This document shows positions 1-9,774 of a DNA stretch of 64,000 nt, piece by piece (position 1 is the first letter of the stretch; each line of letters opens with the position of its first letter). The position numbers and the translations under genes were made by a program. Source of the DNA: a virus (lineage: Duplodnaviria; Heunggongvirae; Uroviricota; Caudoviricetes); the IMG/VR virus record IMGVR_UViG_3300027721_000009, positions 1-64,000 of that record, one strand, 5' to 3'. A model generated the notes under the pieces. It saw only the letters and a list, made by a program, of their open reading frames with translations, was not told where the DNA came from and did not search any database.

Positions 1-796
1 CGACACTACTCCGTTCCTGCACTCTAATGTGTACGGCACGGTGAACCTGTTGGATCAAATCAAGAACCATAGACCACAGTGCCACTTCATTCATGTCTCT
101 ACGGATGAAGTCTTCGGTTCGCTAGGTCTGAAAGACCCTGCATTCAACGAACAGACGGCATACGCGCCACGCAGTCCATACGCTGCATCCAAGGCAGCGA
201 GTGATCACTTTGTACGCGCATATGCTGCAACTCACGGACTCAAGGTAAACATCACCAATTGCTCCAACAACTACGGACCTTATCAGCATCCGGAGAAGTT
301 CATTCCTACGGTCATCCGTAAGAAACTGGCGGGTGAACGAATCCCGGTCTACGGCACCGGCATGAACATCCGTGACTGGCTGCATGTGGACGATCATGTG
401 GATGCGCTGATTGCCGTCCTTGAGCGTGGGCGCGTTGGTGAGCAATATTGTATCGGTGGTGGCACGCAGAAGACCAACATCGAAGTCGCGACCTCCATCA
501 TTGGCTGTCTCGGCGGATCCTTCGAAGAGATTGAATTCGTAACGGATCGCAAGGGACACGACTTCCGCTATGACATAGATAGTGATAAGCTCTATCTTCA
601 TACGGGTTGGAAGCCCACCGTGCCTTGGGTGCGCGGTCTGATTAGAACTGTGGATTGGTATGTCAATAACATTGAATGGGTGAAATCATGTCGAAATGCC
701 TCGGAATCATACTCGCAGGCGGCAAAAGCTCGCGCCTCTATCCCGCCACATTTGCTACGACCAAGCAAGTTCTCCCCATCTACGACAAGCCCCTGA
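1..796 (+). CDS. rfbB: dTDP-glucose 4,6-dehydratase (RmlB/RfbB), 3' portion; the gene begins upstream of the window
   Basis: Frame is open from nt 2. Extended-SDR catalytic motif YAASKAASDH, plus NCSNNYGPYQHPEKFIP and DWLHVDDH blocks typical of RmlB. The reported 3' end overlaps rfbA by about 110 nt, so the true stop is uncertain. Confidence 0.8.
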   Translation, partial: DTTPFLHSNVYGTVNLLDQIKNHRPQCHFIHVSTDEVFGSLGLKDPAFNEQTAYAPRSPYAASKAASDHFVRAYAATHGLKVNITNCSNNYGPYQHPEKFIPTVIRKKLAGERIPVYGTGMNIRDWLHVDDHVDALIAVLERGRVGEQYCIGGGTQKTNIEVATSIIGCLGGSFEEIEFVTDRKGHDFRYDIDSDKLYLHTGWKPTVPWVRGLIRTVDWYVNNIEWVKSCRNASESYSQAAKARASIPPHLLRPSKFSPSTTSP

Positions 797-1575
797 TCTA
801 TTATCCTCTGTCAACTCTCATGTTGGCAGGGATTCGGGATTTCGTAGTCATCACCACACCCGAAGAGCAATCGGTCTTCAAGACGTTGCTGTGGGATGCG
901 GAAGATCGCATGGGCATTAGAGTCTCGTTCGCTTCGCAGGACTTCCCTCGCGGCATTGCGGACGCATTCAATATCGTCACCGACCAGTACGACCTCACGG
1001 AAGAGTTCACTCGCTTCGCTCTAATTCTAGGCGATAACATCTTCTACGGTGCGGGAATGACCGAAATTCTACAAGAGGCTCGCCATGATGCCTCTACCAC
1101 CATACTAGCCGCAAAAGTGAAAGACCCCGAAAGATTCGGTGTTGTCACCATGGACGACCGTGGGCAAGTCATTGATCTGGAAGAGAAACCCAAGCACCCG
1201 AAGAGCGACTTAGCTATAACTGGAATTTACTTTTTCAATAAGTCGGTTTTTCAGCGAGCGAGGAAACTGCGTCCGTCTAATCGCAATGAGTTAGAAATAA
1301 CCGACCTTGTGAAAACATATTGGAAGGATGGCGCACTAACATGCATTAGACTGCCGCGTGGTTCCATCTGGTTCGACACCGGCACACCCGACTCGCTACT
1401 GGAAGCAGCAAATCTAATTCAGATGATACAGAAACATCAGGGTTTTGCTGTTGGCAATCCTCACGAAATCGCGTATAATAAAGGTTGGATTGAGCCTATC
1501 GCACTAAGACAAACCGCGCAGTTGTGCGAGAAGTCGGCGTATGGTCAGTACCTATTGAATCTCTTGGAGTCATAA
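676..1575 (+). CDS. rfbA: glucose-1-phosphate thymidylyltransferase (RmlA/RfbA)
   Basis: N-terminal GIILAGGKSSRLYP nucleotidyltransferase loop and RmlA-like pattern throughout (ITGIYFF...RGSIWFDTGT). Alternative start ATG at 688. Confidence 0.85.
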   Translation: MGEIMSKCLGIILAGGKSSRLYPATFATTKQVLPIYDKPLIYYPLSTLMLAGIRDFVVITTPEEQSVFKTLLWDAEDRMGIRVSFASQDFPRGIADAFNIVTDQYDLTEEFTRFALILGDNIFYGAGMTEILQEARHDASTTILAAKVKDPERFGVVTMDDRGQVIDLEEKPKHPKSDLAITGIYFFNKSVFQRARKLRPSNRNELEITDLVKTYWKDGALTCIRLPRGSIWFDTGTPDSLLEAANLIQMIQKHQGFAVGNPHEIAYNKGWIEPIALRQTAQLCEKSAYGQYLLNLLES

Positions 1576-2879
1576 TGAAACTTACACCTGAACAACGGCA
1601 CTTCTACATCCACGAACTCGCGAAGGAACTGCCGCCATGGGCGTACAACGCTAACGCGGAATTCGAACCGGGAAAGACTCCGGTGTTCTACTCCGGTCCC
1701 TACTTTGACCACCATGAGATTGAGGCTGCGCTAAAAGCATTCCTCACTGGCAAGTGGCTTGTCACAGGCGAAGAGGTCGCGAAGTTCCAGTGGAAGTTCG
1801 CACGCAAGTTTGGTGTGAAGTGGGCGCACATGGTCAACTCCGGTTCCTCTGCGAATCTGGTCATGGTCGCGGCTGCAAAGAAGTTCTTCGGTTGGAAGGA
1901 CGGCGCAGAAATCATCGTGTCGCCTGTGGGCTTCCCGACGACCATTGCGCCTATCGTGCAGAACGGCATGGTGCCGGTATTTGCCGATATCGAAATGGAC
2001 ACACTCAACTTCGATCTGGATGAAGTCGAGCGCAAGATCACCGAGAAGACCGTTGCAGTCTTCGTATCGCCTGTGTTGGGTAATCCGCCCGACATGGATC
2101 GTCTGCGTGAAATCTGCAACAATGCGCAGATCATCATGTTGGGTGACAACTGCGACTCGCTCGGAACTAAGTGGAATCATGAATGGCTGACGCACTATTA
2201 CGCCGCGTGGTCTACCTCATTCTATCCCGCACACCACATGACGACCGGCGAAGGTGGCATGGTGTGTTCCAACAACGAAGGAATCGTCAACTATGCACGA
2301 CAGTTCTCATGGTGGGGACGCGACTGCGTGTGCGTCGGTGCTGCCAATCTCAAACCCTGCGGATCTTGTGGAAATCGTTTTTCTCAGTGGCTCGCCCCGG
2401 AATACGAGGGAGTGGTCGATCACAAGTATCTGTTTACCCAAATGGGCTATAACCTCAAGCCTCTCGACTTCCAAGGAGCTATCGGCTCTGTACAATTAGA
2501 CAAGTTCGATGAGATTCACCTTCACCGAATGCAGTCCTATGACACCATTCGCGCCATCATCGAAACCTATGTGCCGGAAGTGACGGTAGTGGGTAATCTG
2601 GATGAAGCGGAAGTGAGTTGGTTTGGTGTGCCGATTCTGTGTGATAACGCGGATGTAAAGGTACGCTTGCAAGCACACTTCGAATCCAACAAGATTCAGA
2701 CGCGCAACTACTTCGCGGGTAACATTCTGCTCCATCCCGGCTACAAGCATCTGGATGACTACAAGAAGTATCCTAATGCGAATCAGGCTCTCGACCGAGT
2801 GTTCTTTGTGGGTGCAGCCCCGCACTACGGTCCAGAAATCTTCAACTGGTTTGAAACGGTGCTTTCGCAATGGACCTGA
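1575..2879 (+). CDS. DegT/DnrJ/EryC1/StrS-family PLP/PMP-dependent sugar 3-dehydrase/aminotransferase (RfbH/E1-like)
   Basis: TAATG overlap with rfbA. Fold-type I sugar aminotransferase blocks (HMVNSGSSANL, DNCDSLG) and a Cys cluster CGSCGNRF as in E1 dehydrases. Confidence 0.7.
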   Translation: MKLTPEQRHFYIHELAKELPPWAYNANAEFEPGKTPVFYSGPYFDHHEIEAALKAFLTGKWLVTGEEVAKFQWKFARKFGVKWAHMVNSGSSANLVMVAAAKKFFGWKDGAEIIVSPVGFPTTIAPIVQNGMVPVFADIEMDTLNFDLDEVERKITEKTVAVFVSPVLGNPPDMDRLREICNNAQIIMLGDNCDSLGTKWNHEWLTHYYAAWSTSFYPAHHMTTGEGGMVCSNNEGIVNYARQFSWWGRDCVCVGAANLKPCGSCGNRFSQWLAPEYEGVVDHKYLFTQMGYNLKPLDFQGAIGSVQLDKFDEIHLHRMQSYDTIRAIIETYVPEVTVVGNLDEAEVSWFGVPILCDNADVKVRLQAHFESNKIQTRNYFAGNILLHPGYKHLDDYKKYPNANQALDRVFFVGAAPHYGPEIFNWFETVLSQWT

Positions 2880-3724
2880 CCATCTATGGGCATACAGGAT
2901 TCGTCGGCAGTCATTACGTTCAGAAATACTGCCAGATAGACGACCTGTATCGTCCACCCCGCTATTCGCGTAGACCGAATCCGTACAAGAAAACGGATAT
3001 GCTGTATTTGATATCCACTACGCACAACTACCATGTCTTTGACGATCCGACTCTGGACGTAAAGACTAATCTGTTGGTGCTGACCGAAACCCTAGAGTCA
3101 TGGAAGAACAACAATCCACAAGGCACGTTCAATTTCGTGTCATCGTGGTTTGTCTATGGCGAACGGCGTGGCTTTGAGCGTGCGGGTAAGACGCGAGAAG
3201 ACGAGGATTGCCGCCCCGCAGGATTCTACTCTATCACTAAGCGGTGTGCCGAACAGTTGGTAGAATCCTTTTGCCAGACCCACAATCTGAGCTACCGCAT
3301 CCTGCGCCTCTGTAACATCCTAGGACCGGGAGACATGGGCGTTTCCGCTAAGAAGAACGCGCTCCAATACCTGATCAACGAAATGAAGGAAGATCGCCCA
3401 ATCTCCATCTACGGGACGGGTGAGTTTACCCGCACCTACATGGATGTGGATGATTGTGTTCGCGCACTCCGTCTGGTCATGGATCAGGGTGCCGAGAACA
3501 CCATCTTCAATATCGGCGTAGAACCTTCCCAACAGTTCCTAGACCTGATCAAACTGGCTCATGCCCTGTTGGAGAGCAAGTCCGAGATAAACTTCATCAA
3601 ACCTAAGAAGTTCCACCAACAGGTTCAGGTGGAAAACTTCGATATGGACTGCTCCAAGCTGCGCAGCCTAGGTTTTGAGCCGAAACATAGTATCGTTTCT
3701 ACGGTAGCTCGACTGTGTAAATAA
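2870..3724 (+). CDS. NAD(P)-dependent sugar epimerase/reductase (short extended SDR, RfbS/RfbJ-like)
   Basis: N-terminal GxxGxxG-like IYGHTGFVGS Rossmann motif and YxxxK-like YSITKRCAE. Sits directly after the dehydrase gene. Confidence 0.6.
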   Translation: MDLTIYGHTGFVGSHYVQKYCQIDDLYRPPRYSRRPNPYKKTDMLYLISTTHNYHVFDDPTLDVKTNLLVLTETLESWKNNNPQGTFNFVSSWFVYGERRGFERAGKTREDEDCRPAGFYSITKRCAEQLVESFCQTHNLSYRILRLCNILGPGDMGVSAKKNALQYLINEMKEDRPISIYGTGEFTRTYMDVDDCVRALRLVMDQGAENTIFNIGVEPSQQFLDLIKLAHALLESKSEINFIKPKKFHQQVQVENFDMDCSKLRSLGFEPKHSIVSTVARLCK

Positions 3725-3751
3725 GCTAAATAGAGCATCAACCCTCCCACA

Positions 3752-4954
3752 GTGCGGAAGAAGATGCTCAAGTTTAGCCAGTTCATCATAGAGAATGTCG
3801 AGGACACAGCCCGACTCTCCCATCTGGAACATGCCGAAGACCATGTAATCAATGCCGGTTCTGCCGGTGTTCACCATGCTGTCCGGACAATGGTGGGCGT
3901 TCACCATAAGCTCATGGGGCATAACACCCCGGTCAAGCTAACCACTAAGTATGACGGTGCGCCGTCCATCGTCTTCGGGCATCACCCCGAGACTAAGAAG
4001 TTCTTTGTCGCGTCCAAGTCGGCATTCAACAAGACTCCTAAGATCAATTACAGCCACGACGACATTGACCGCAATCATGGTCATGCTCCCGGTCTGGCAT
4101 CCAAGCTCAAGACCGCTCTCGACCATCTTCCCAAGGTCACTCCAAAGGGTAAGGTCTATCAGGGTGACGTAATGTACACCAAGGATGATGTGAAGTCCAC
4201 CGAGACTCACCACTCCTTCAAGCCAAACACGATCAAGTATTCGATCAAGAAGGATACGCCGACCGGTCAGAAGGTGTCTAAGGCGCACATTGGCGTGGCA
4301 GTCCACACCGAGTACCACGGTGAAGATCACCACTCCCTCAAGGCGAGCTTCGCTCCCGATACTTCGGACTTCAAGGATCACCCGGATGCACACATCATCG
4401 GAACCCACACTAACGCACGCGCTGCTGACTATAAGCCAAAAGATAGAGTCAAATTCTTCAACCATATCAAGAAAGCAAAAGACGCAGCTTCTAACCAGTC
4501 TTTTGACCATCTTGATCACCCTGTCCGTGAACATGTCAAGACCTACATCAACCACACTGTTCGCAGTGGAACTACTCCGTCTGTCAGTGGACTCTCAGCC
4601 CATGTCCAAGCGAAGCACGAAGCTAAGAAAGCTCTTGTCAAAGGTGGGGCTACCAAAGCTCGCATCGAAGGTGAGAAGCAGTCTCATCTGGCTCATATCC
4701 AATCTCATAAAGAAGCCTTTGGAAATACTCTTGCGGTTCATAAGCACCTTGCCGGTGCCAAGCACGTTCTTGTTAAGGCTCTCGCAAAGTCTGATGAATT
4801 TGAACACCACATTGGCGAAAAGGAATCGGGTCCGGAAGGGCATGTAGCCATCGTCGGTTCTAAGCCTACTAAGCTCGTTGACCGTGGCGCAGGCGGGTTT
4901 GCTTCGGCTAACCTGAATGCCGGTGGAATCAAGGGCTTAAAGAAACCTAAATAA
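3752..4954 (+). CDS. hypothetical His/Lys-rich basic protein
   Basis: 400-aa ORF with strong His/Lys bias. GTG start at 3752 or ATG at 3764. No recognisable family. Confidence 0.5.
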   Translation: MRKKMLKFSQFIIENVEDTARLSHLEHAEDHVINAGSAGVHHAVRTMVGVHHKLMGHNTPVKLTTKYDGAPSIVFGHHPETKKFFVASKSAFNKTPKINYSHDDIDRNHGHAPGLASKLKTALDHLPKVTPKGKVYQGDVMYTKDDVKSTETHHSFKPNTIKYSIKKDTPTGQKVSKAHIGVAVHTEYHGEDHHSLKASFAPDTSDFKDHPDAHIIGTHTNARAADYKPKDRVKFFNHIKKAKDAASNQSFDHLDHPVREHVKTYINHTVRSGTTPSVSGLSAHVQAKHEAKKALVKGGATKARIEGEKQSHLAHIQSHKEAFGNTLAVHKHLAGAKHVLVKALAKSDEFEHHIGEKESGPEGHVAIVGSKPTKLVDRGAGGFASANLNAGGIKGLKKPK

Positions 4955-4985
4955 TCAAGTCGGAAATTACCCACAGAGCGGTACA

Positions 4986-6248
4986 ATGTCTCACGCAACT
5001 TTCACCTTCGGACGCTTCAATCCTCCCACCGAATCCGGTCATGGGAAGCTAGTCTCGGCTGTCCAGAAGCACGCCGAAGAGAAAGGCGGATCGCACTACA
5101 TCTTCCCATCCCACTCTCAGGATCCGAAGAAGAACCCTCTTTCCCATGGCGATAAAGTCCATGCGATGAAGAAGATGTTCAAGGGTGCCAACATCGTATC
5201 CCACCCCGACGTAAAGAACGCAATTCATGCCCTCAAGCATCTTGAATCTAAGGGACATACACACGCTACCATGGTTGTAGGTGATGACAGAGTGCATGAA
5301 TTCCATAAGCTACTCCATGCCTACAACGGCAAGGAATACAACTTCAAGAAGATCGAAGTCAAGTCCGCAGGACACCGGGATCCAGACGCAGAGGGATCTG
5401 AGGGAATGTCCGCATCCAAGCTTCGTGGGCTGGTCAAGAGCGGCAAGCGCGACGAATTTATTTCTCACTACTCCGACAAGAAGCTCGGTGCACACATTCA
5501 TGACAAGGTGAAAGCAAACATGTCCGAATCCAAGGCAATGTTCATTCTCGGCGGTCCCGGCAGTGGCAAGGACTACGTGATCAACAATATCCTCAAGCGA
5601 TACGATCTGGTCGAAGTCCAGATGGATCAGATTCTCAACGGCGCAGTGAAGCCATTGATCGAACAGGGAGCCGACCTCCTGATCAACGGTAATGCGGATC
5701 AGGACAAGATTCAGCTTGTCAAGAGCATTCTTGAGAATTATTCGTTCTCTCACACGGTTGTCTCGGTCACTAACAAGGTGTCGCGTGAACGCAACGCCAC
5801 TCGCGACCGTCCGTTGTCAGAGCAGACTCGCATTCGTAAGTGGTTGGATTGTGAGAACATTTCTCTATCCAACTCATTCATCTTCAAGAACTCATTGAAC
5901 TTAGTAGAAGCCTCTCATGCCGAACTGAAAGGATTTCAGGATCAGATCGAAGGCTATCTCAAGTTCCTTCAAGACAACAAGTTCCACACCCTCGCAGAAG
6001 TGCTAGAGTGGGGAACCGATGAAACCGTGGCTGCGTACAAGGGTGGCACTCCCGGTCAAGTAGACGTAAAGCCTAAGCTCACGATGAACAAGCTTCGCAA
6101 GCGTGGTGTGAAGGGAATGCCGCCTAACGCATATGACTCTCGCGTAGGTGGTGTCCAGTACACTAACTATGCAGGCGGTGGCTCGTACACTGGCGGCGCA
6201 TTTGGTGGTCTAGTCTCTAGCTATCAGCACAATAAGAAGGTACTCTGA
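4986..6248 (+). CDS. two-domain protein: N-terminal (H/T)xGH nucleotidyltransferase-like domain fused to a P-loop nucleotide/nucleoside kinase domain (NadR-like architecture)
   Basis: N-terminal FGRFNPPTESGH and later SASKLR resemble the HxGH and ISSTxxR motifs of NMNAT/cytidylyltransferase folds. Mid-protein FILGGPGSGKDYV is an adenylate-kinase-type Walker A. Gly-rich C-terminal tail. Confidence 0.45.
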   Translation: MSHATFTFGRFNPPTESGHGKLVSAVQKHAEEKGGSHYIFPSHSQDPKKNPLSHGDKVHAMKKMFKGANIVSHPDVKNAIHALKHLESKGHTHATMVVGDDRVHEFHKLLHAYNGKEYNFKKIEVKSAGHRDPDAEGSEGMSASKLRGLVKSGKRDEFISHYSDKKLGAHIHDKVKANMSESKAMFILGGPGSGKDYVINNILKRYDLVEVQMDQILNGAVKPLIEQGADLLINGNADQDKIQLVKSILENYSFSHTVVSVTNKVSRERNATRDRPLSEQTRIRKWLDCENISLSNSFIFKNSLNLVEASHAELKGFQDQIEGYLKFLQDNKFHTLAEVLEWGTDETVAAYKGGTPGQVDVKPKLTMNKLRKRGVKGMPPNAYDSRVGGVQYTNYAGGGSYTGGAFGGLVSSYQHNKKVL

Positions 6249-6249
6249 C

Positions 6250-7362
6250 ATGTCTCAGAAAGCATGGGTGAACGCATACACCAAAGGCTCCAAGGCTTTG
6301 CAAGACAAGCTTGCCAAGGTGCACAAGAACAATCCTGAGTTTCAGGAGTTTGTGAAGAAGCATGGCTTCGGCGGCAACCTGTCGGTCAAGCAGTCGGGTC
6401 TACAGAAGAAGACCGTGGCTCCTACCCCTAAGCCAAATGCGGCGCAAGGCGGCGACCAGAATCGCGAACAGATGATCAAGGACATTGCCACGAAGCTGCG
6501 CAATCGTCGGCTTGCCGCGTCCAACCGCGCATCCTTCGGCGGCGAGCTAGGTGGCGACTTCTCCGTTCACTCTGGCGGCTTCCGTCGCTATTCGGAAGAG
6601 ACTGAACTGAACGAACTCTCCGATAAGCGTCTTTCCAAGTACATCAAGAAAGCCGGTAAGTCGGCTGACCGTCTAGCCTACTACAGTGATTCTCGCAACG
6701 ATCCAGATTGGATCAAGTCGAACAAGCGCGAGAAGATGATTGCGGTGGCTAAGAGAAAGCTAGGTGAAGACATTGCGTACAAGGATGGAGCTATCTCCAT
6801 GCGCCGTGGCGGATGGATCGCAAAGCGCAACGGGAAACAGGTTGGAATCATTCATCCTACGGAAGAACTGGCTAAAGCATTGCTAGACAATACGCGCATG
6901 ACGCTCGGACGCAAGGTAGGCGATGCACTTCGCAAGAAGGCAAAGGAACTGGCTCGCTCCCTAGATAAGAGGCGAATGGCAACCGAAGCCGTATCGGGTC
7001 TATCCTACAAGGGATTGAAGAGCCTTTCCAAGCAGCTTCCCAAGTCTGAACTCAAGCAAATGTCGCCGGAAGATCAGGCTTCCTTCCAGAGAATTCGCAA
7101 GCATTTTGCGAAGCGTGCGAACGTAGCCTATCTCGGCGGAAAGAAAGTACGCACCGAATCAGCCGCGAATCGTAATCGCATTCGTTCATGGGATTCGGCT
7201 GTCCTACCAGTAGAACACGATCATCCCCTACATACACCACACCCAAAGGCAAAGCTTGATGCTCTCAGAGCGGCAGGCAAACACGAAGAAGCACGCGAGC
7301 TAGAAAGATCATGGCTACGCAAGGCAATGTCAAAGGCTAAGAAGACGGAGAACTCAAAATGA
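6250..7362 (+). CDS. hypothetical Lys/Arg-rich protein
   Basis: 370-aa ORF, highly basic, in the same operon-like block. Confidence 0.5.
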   Translation: MSQKAWVNAYTKGSKALQDKLAKVHKNNPEFQEFVKKHGFGGNLSVKQSGLQKKTVAPTPKPNAAQGGDQNREQMIKDIATKLRNRRLAASNRASFGGELGGDFSVHSGGFRRYSEETELNELSDKRLSKYIKKAGKSADRLAYYSDSRNDPDWIKSNKREKMIAVAKRKLGEDIAYKDGAISMRRGGWIAKRNGKQVGIIHPTEELAKALLDNTRMTLGRKVGDALRKKAKELARSLDKRRMATEAVSGLSYKGLKSLSKQLPKSELKQMSPEDQASFQRIRKHFAKRANVAYLGGKKVRTESAANRNRIRSWDSAVLPVEHDHPLHTPHPKAKLDALRAAGKHEEARELERSWLRKAMSKAKKTENSK

Positions 7363-8210
7363 GCAAGGCACTGAATGAACTAAAGAAGGCAACAATGGCT
7401 GCGTATCTCGCGAAAGCGGGTGGACATGTTCGCGCAGGAACCTCCATTGCCAAGTCATTTGACGATGACGTATTCCGTCACATGAAGGTAGTCAATCAGC
7501 ACTCACCATACAACGTCAATGGTGCCGAGAAAGACCCCGAGAAGCTAGCTCATGCCACAAAGCAGATGAACGTCAACGCCGAACTGCGTGACCAGTTCAA
7601 GCGCGGCGCACAGAATCGCATCAAGGGTATTGCTCGCGCCGGTCGCTTGCTTGCCAAGGAAGAAGCCATTGAGGAAGGAAAGAATCCTTACGGTCCCGGC
7701 TACAAGCTAGTGGACAAGGATGGCACCGAACTCAAGGTGGGTCACAAGTTCATGCACACTTCGCATCACGAAGGCTCCAAGCCAGAACACCATACCATCA
7801 CCGGTTGGCAGTCGGGCGAGCAGCGTGGCAACTCTTCCTCTTCTGGTCGCGTTGCGGTCAAGGTAGGCAAGGGTAAGAAGGCATACGACACTGAATACTT
7901 CCCTCATGTCTTCGGTATGAAGGTTGTGAAGGAAGAGACTCTTGATGAAGTCTCTCGCTCGACCATTGCCAAGGTTGCGACGGCTCGCTATCAGCAAGCG
8001 CAAACCGCACTCAAGGCAAAGGACTTCGGCGGCTACGTCAAGAAGATGGGCAAGGCAATCAAAGCCGCAGACAAGACTACTCCTAATGTCGGTTGGAGTC
8101 CAGAAGACGACAAGAAGAATGAGGAAGTTGTGGCTCCTGTCGTTTCCGCACAGGAAAAGTATCGCCAGATTCGCGAGCAGAAGGTTCGCGCAGCACGTAA
8201 GGGTAAGTAA
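7359..8210 (+). CDS. hypothetical basic protein
   Basis: 283-aa ORF, ATGA overlap with the upstream gene. Confidence 0.5.
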   Translation: MSKALNELKKATMAAYLAKAGGHVRAGTSIAKSFDDDVFRHMKVVNQHSPYNVNGAEKDPEKLAHATKQMNVNAELRDQFKRGAQNRIKGIARAGRLLAKEEAIEEGKNPYGPGYKLVDKDGTELKVGHKFMHTSHHEGSKPEHHTITGWQSGEQRGNSSSSGRVAVKVGKGKKAYDTEYFPHVFGMKVVKEETLDEVSRSTIAKVATARYQQAQTALKAKDFGGYVKKMGKAIKAADKTTPNVGWSPEDDKKNEEVVAPVVSAQEKYRQIREQKVRAARKGK

Positions 8211-8211
8211 C

Positions 8212-9774
8212 ATGAGCGACCTATTCAATAACGTCAAGCCGGGTGATATGGTTCACTACAAGACTCCACAGGGTCAGCACGGTAAGGGTAAGGTTGTCCT
8301 CCGCTATGACACGCACGTTGTCGTCAATCGCGGCAAGGGACAGCCACAGGTTGTCAACGACAACAACTACGTCAAGCATGAGCGTGGCGGAAAGGTCATT
8401 GGCGCGTTGCTGTCTCGCCTCAAGGAAGATGAACTCAAGGAAGATGCAAAGCTAATGGCACAGCATCAAGAGTGGATGAAGAAAAGAGAAGCCGAGATTT
8501 ACAAAGCTAAGTCTGGTGAAGCATGGGAGCGTGTACACAAGGCAATGCCGGGAATTGCTACACGCATATCCGCTCGCCTGCGTGGAACCAAGCTAGACAA
8601 GTCTGGCAAGGTTGTCAAGGAAATGAGAAATCCATCCGGTCCTTACGGTGGTCATCCTTACGATTGGGATCCAGAACTGCGCAAGCAGATCTTCGCAGGC
8701 ATGGCAAAGAAAGTCAAGCAGAAGGGTCCACCTGACAATCATCGTGACTACAAGCCATCCAAGCTCGGACCTCCTCCGCGCCGTGGAACGACAAGCGAAG
8801 AGACTATCCTTGAGGGTAACATTCCGAAGGTGCATTCATGGGACGAGTTCCATCAGGCAGCGACGGATTGGGCATACTCCAACGATCATCACAACGGCGG
8901 CAATCCGAAGTACATCAAGAAGACGACCGAAACCGACAAGGTGCTACACCAGACGATTTCGATTGGTCATCACCCACGTTCCGGCAACCCATACGTGATC
9001 GGCGTGTTCAACCATATCGGCGGTCCTAATTCCGATAAGGGTCATGGCACTCACCATCACCACACGCAAGGGCTTGAATTGGATGAGGATTCTCACGATG
9101 CCGAGGGTAAGTCCGCTCGCGTGGCTAAGACTCGTCGGCTCAAGAAGAAACTCCATGAAGTGAGTAACTCGACACTCGCTTCCTATGTCTCCAAGGCAAT
9201 TGCTGATCGCAAGAAGGCAGGCGCAGGATTTGACATGGCAGGGCGTATTCACACTGGCGAGCGCAAGAAGTATTTCCAAGACAAGATGTTTGCCAAGATC
9301 GACAAGCGCACGAAGGGCATCACGAAGGCTGTAGGCAAGATTGCCAACAATCTTCCGGCTGAGAAAGTCACCGAAGGAACGCGCTCCGAATACGATGCGA
9401 ACATCCACATGTCGAAAGGGGCTGAGAAGACCGCAAAGGGTCACTACCTGATGCGCGACGGTCGCAAGCTCTCCGGTCCTCACTCGCCAGAAGAAGCGGT
9501 GAAGGCATACAAGGGTCTATCCTCACAGGGTACCGACACCAAGGGTGTGAAGATCGTTCATGTCAAGGAAGGCGTGGAGATTGATGTAACTGTTACGCTA
9601 ATCACCGAAGACAAGGTGAAGGAAGCTGCGCAGAAAGCCATTTCCCTCGCAAAGAAGGCTAAGGGCAACAAGCATGTCGATACGGAACCGAAGCTAGATA
9701 TACAAGACAAGGGAACTGGCGGTCCAATGGAAGCCAATCACGACGAAGGTGGAAATCATGCTCCTCAAGTTTAA
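8212..9774 (+). CDS. hypothetical His/Lys-rich protein
   Basis: True start is the ATG at 8212 (MSDLFNN); the listed ORF extends upstream in-frame. Contains the run GHGTHHHHTQG. Confidence 0.5.
   Translation: MSDLFNNVKPGDMVHYKTPQGQHGKGKVVLRYDTHVVVNRGKGQPQVVNDNNYVKHERGGKVIGALLSRLKEDELKEDAKLMAQHQEWMKKREAEIYKAKSGEAWERVHKAMPGIATRISARLRGTKLDKSGKVVKEMRNPSGPYGGHPYDWDPELRKQIFAGMAKKVKQKGPPDNHRDYKPSKLGPPPRRGTTSEETILEGNIPKVHSWDEFHQAATDWAYSNDHHNGGNPKYIKKTTETDKVLHQTISIGHHPRSGNPYVIGVFNHIGGPNSDKGHGTHHHHTQGLELDEDSHDAEGKSARVAKTRRLKKKLHEVSNSTLASYVSKAIADRKKAGAGFDMAGRIHTGERKKYFQDKMFAKIDKRTKGITKAVGKIANNLPAEKVTEGTRSEYDANIHMSKGAEKTAKGHYLMRDGRKLSGPHSPEEAVKAYKGLSSQGTDTKGVKIVHVKEGVEIDVTVTLITEDKVKEAAQKAISLAKKAKGNKHVDTEPKLDIQDKGTGGPMEANHDEGGNHAPQV

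Noticed and set aside
122-601. Minus-strand ORF of 159 aa antisense to rfbB
   Set aside because: Lies entirely within a well-supported + gene with strong motifs; likely an antisense artefact in a near-unidirectional genome.
3938-4555. Minus-strand 205-aa ORF antisense to the His-rich gene
   Set aside because: Antisense to a long + ORF; low-complexity translation typical of the reverse frame of a biased-composition gene.
8944-9483. Minus-strand 179-aa ORF
   Set aside because: Antisense to gene 8212-9774; no RBS or promoter context.
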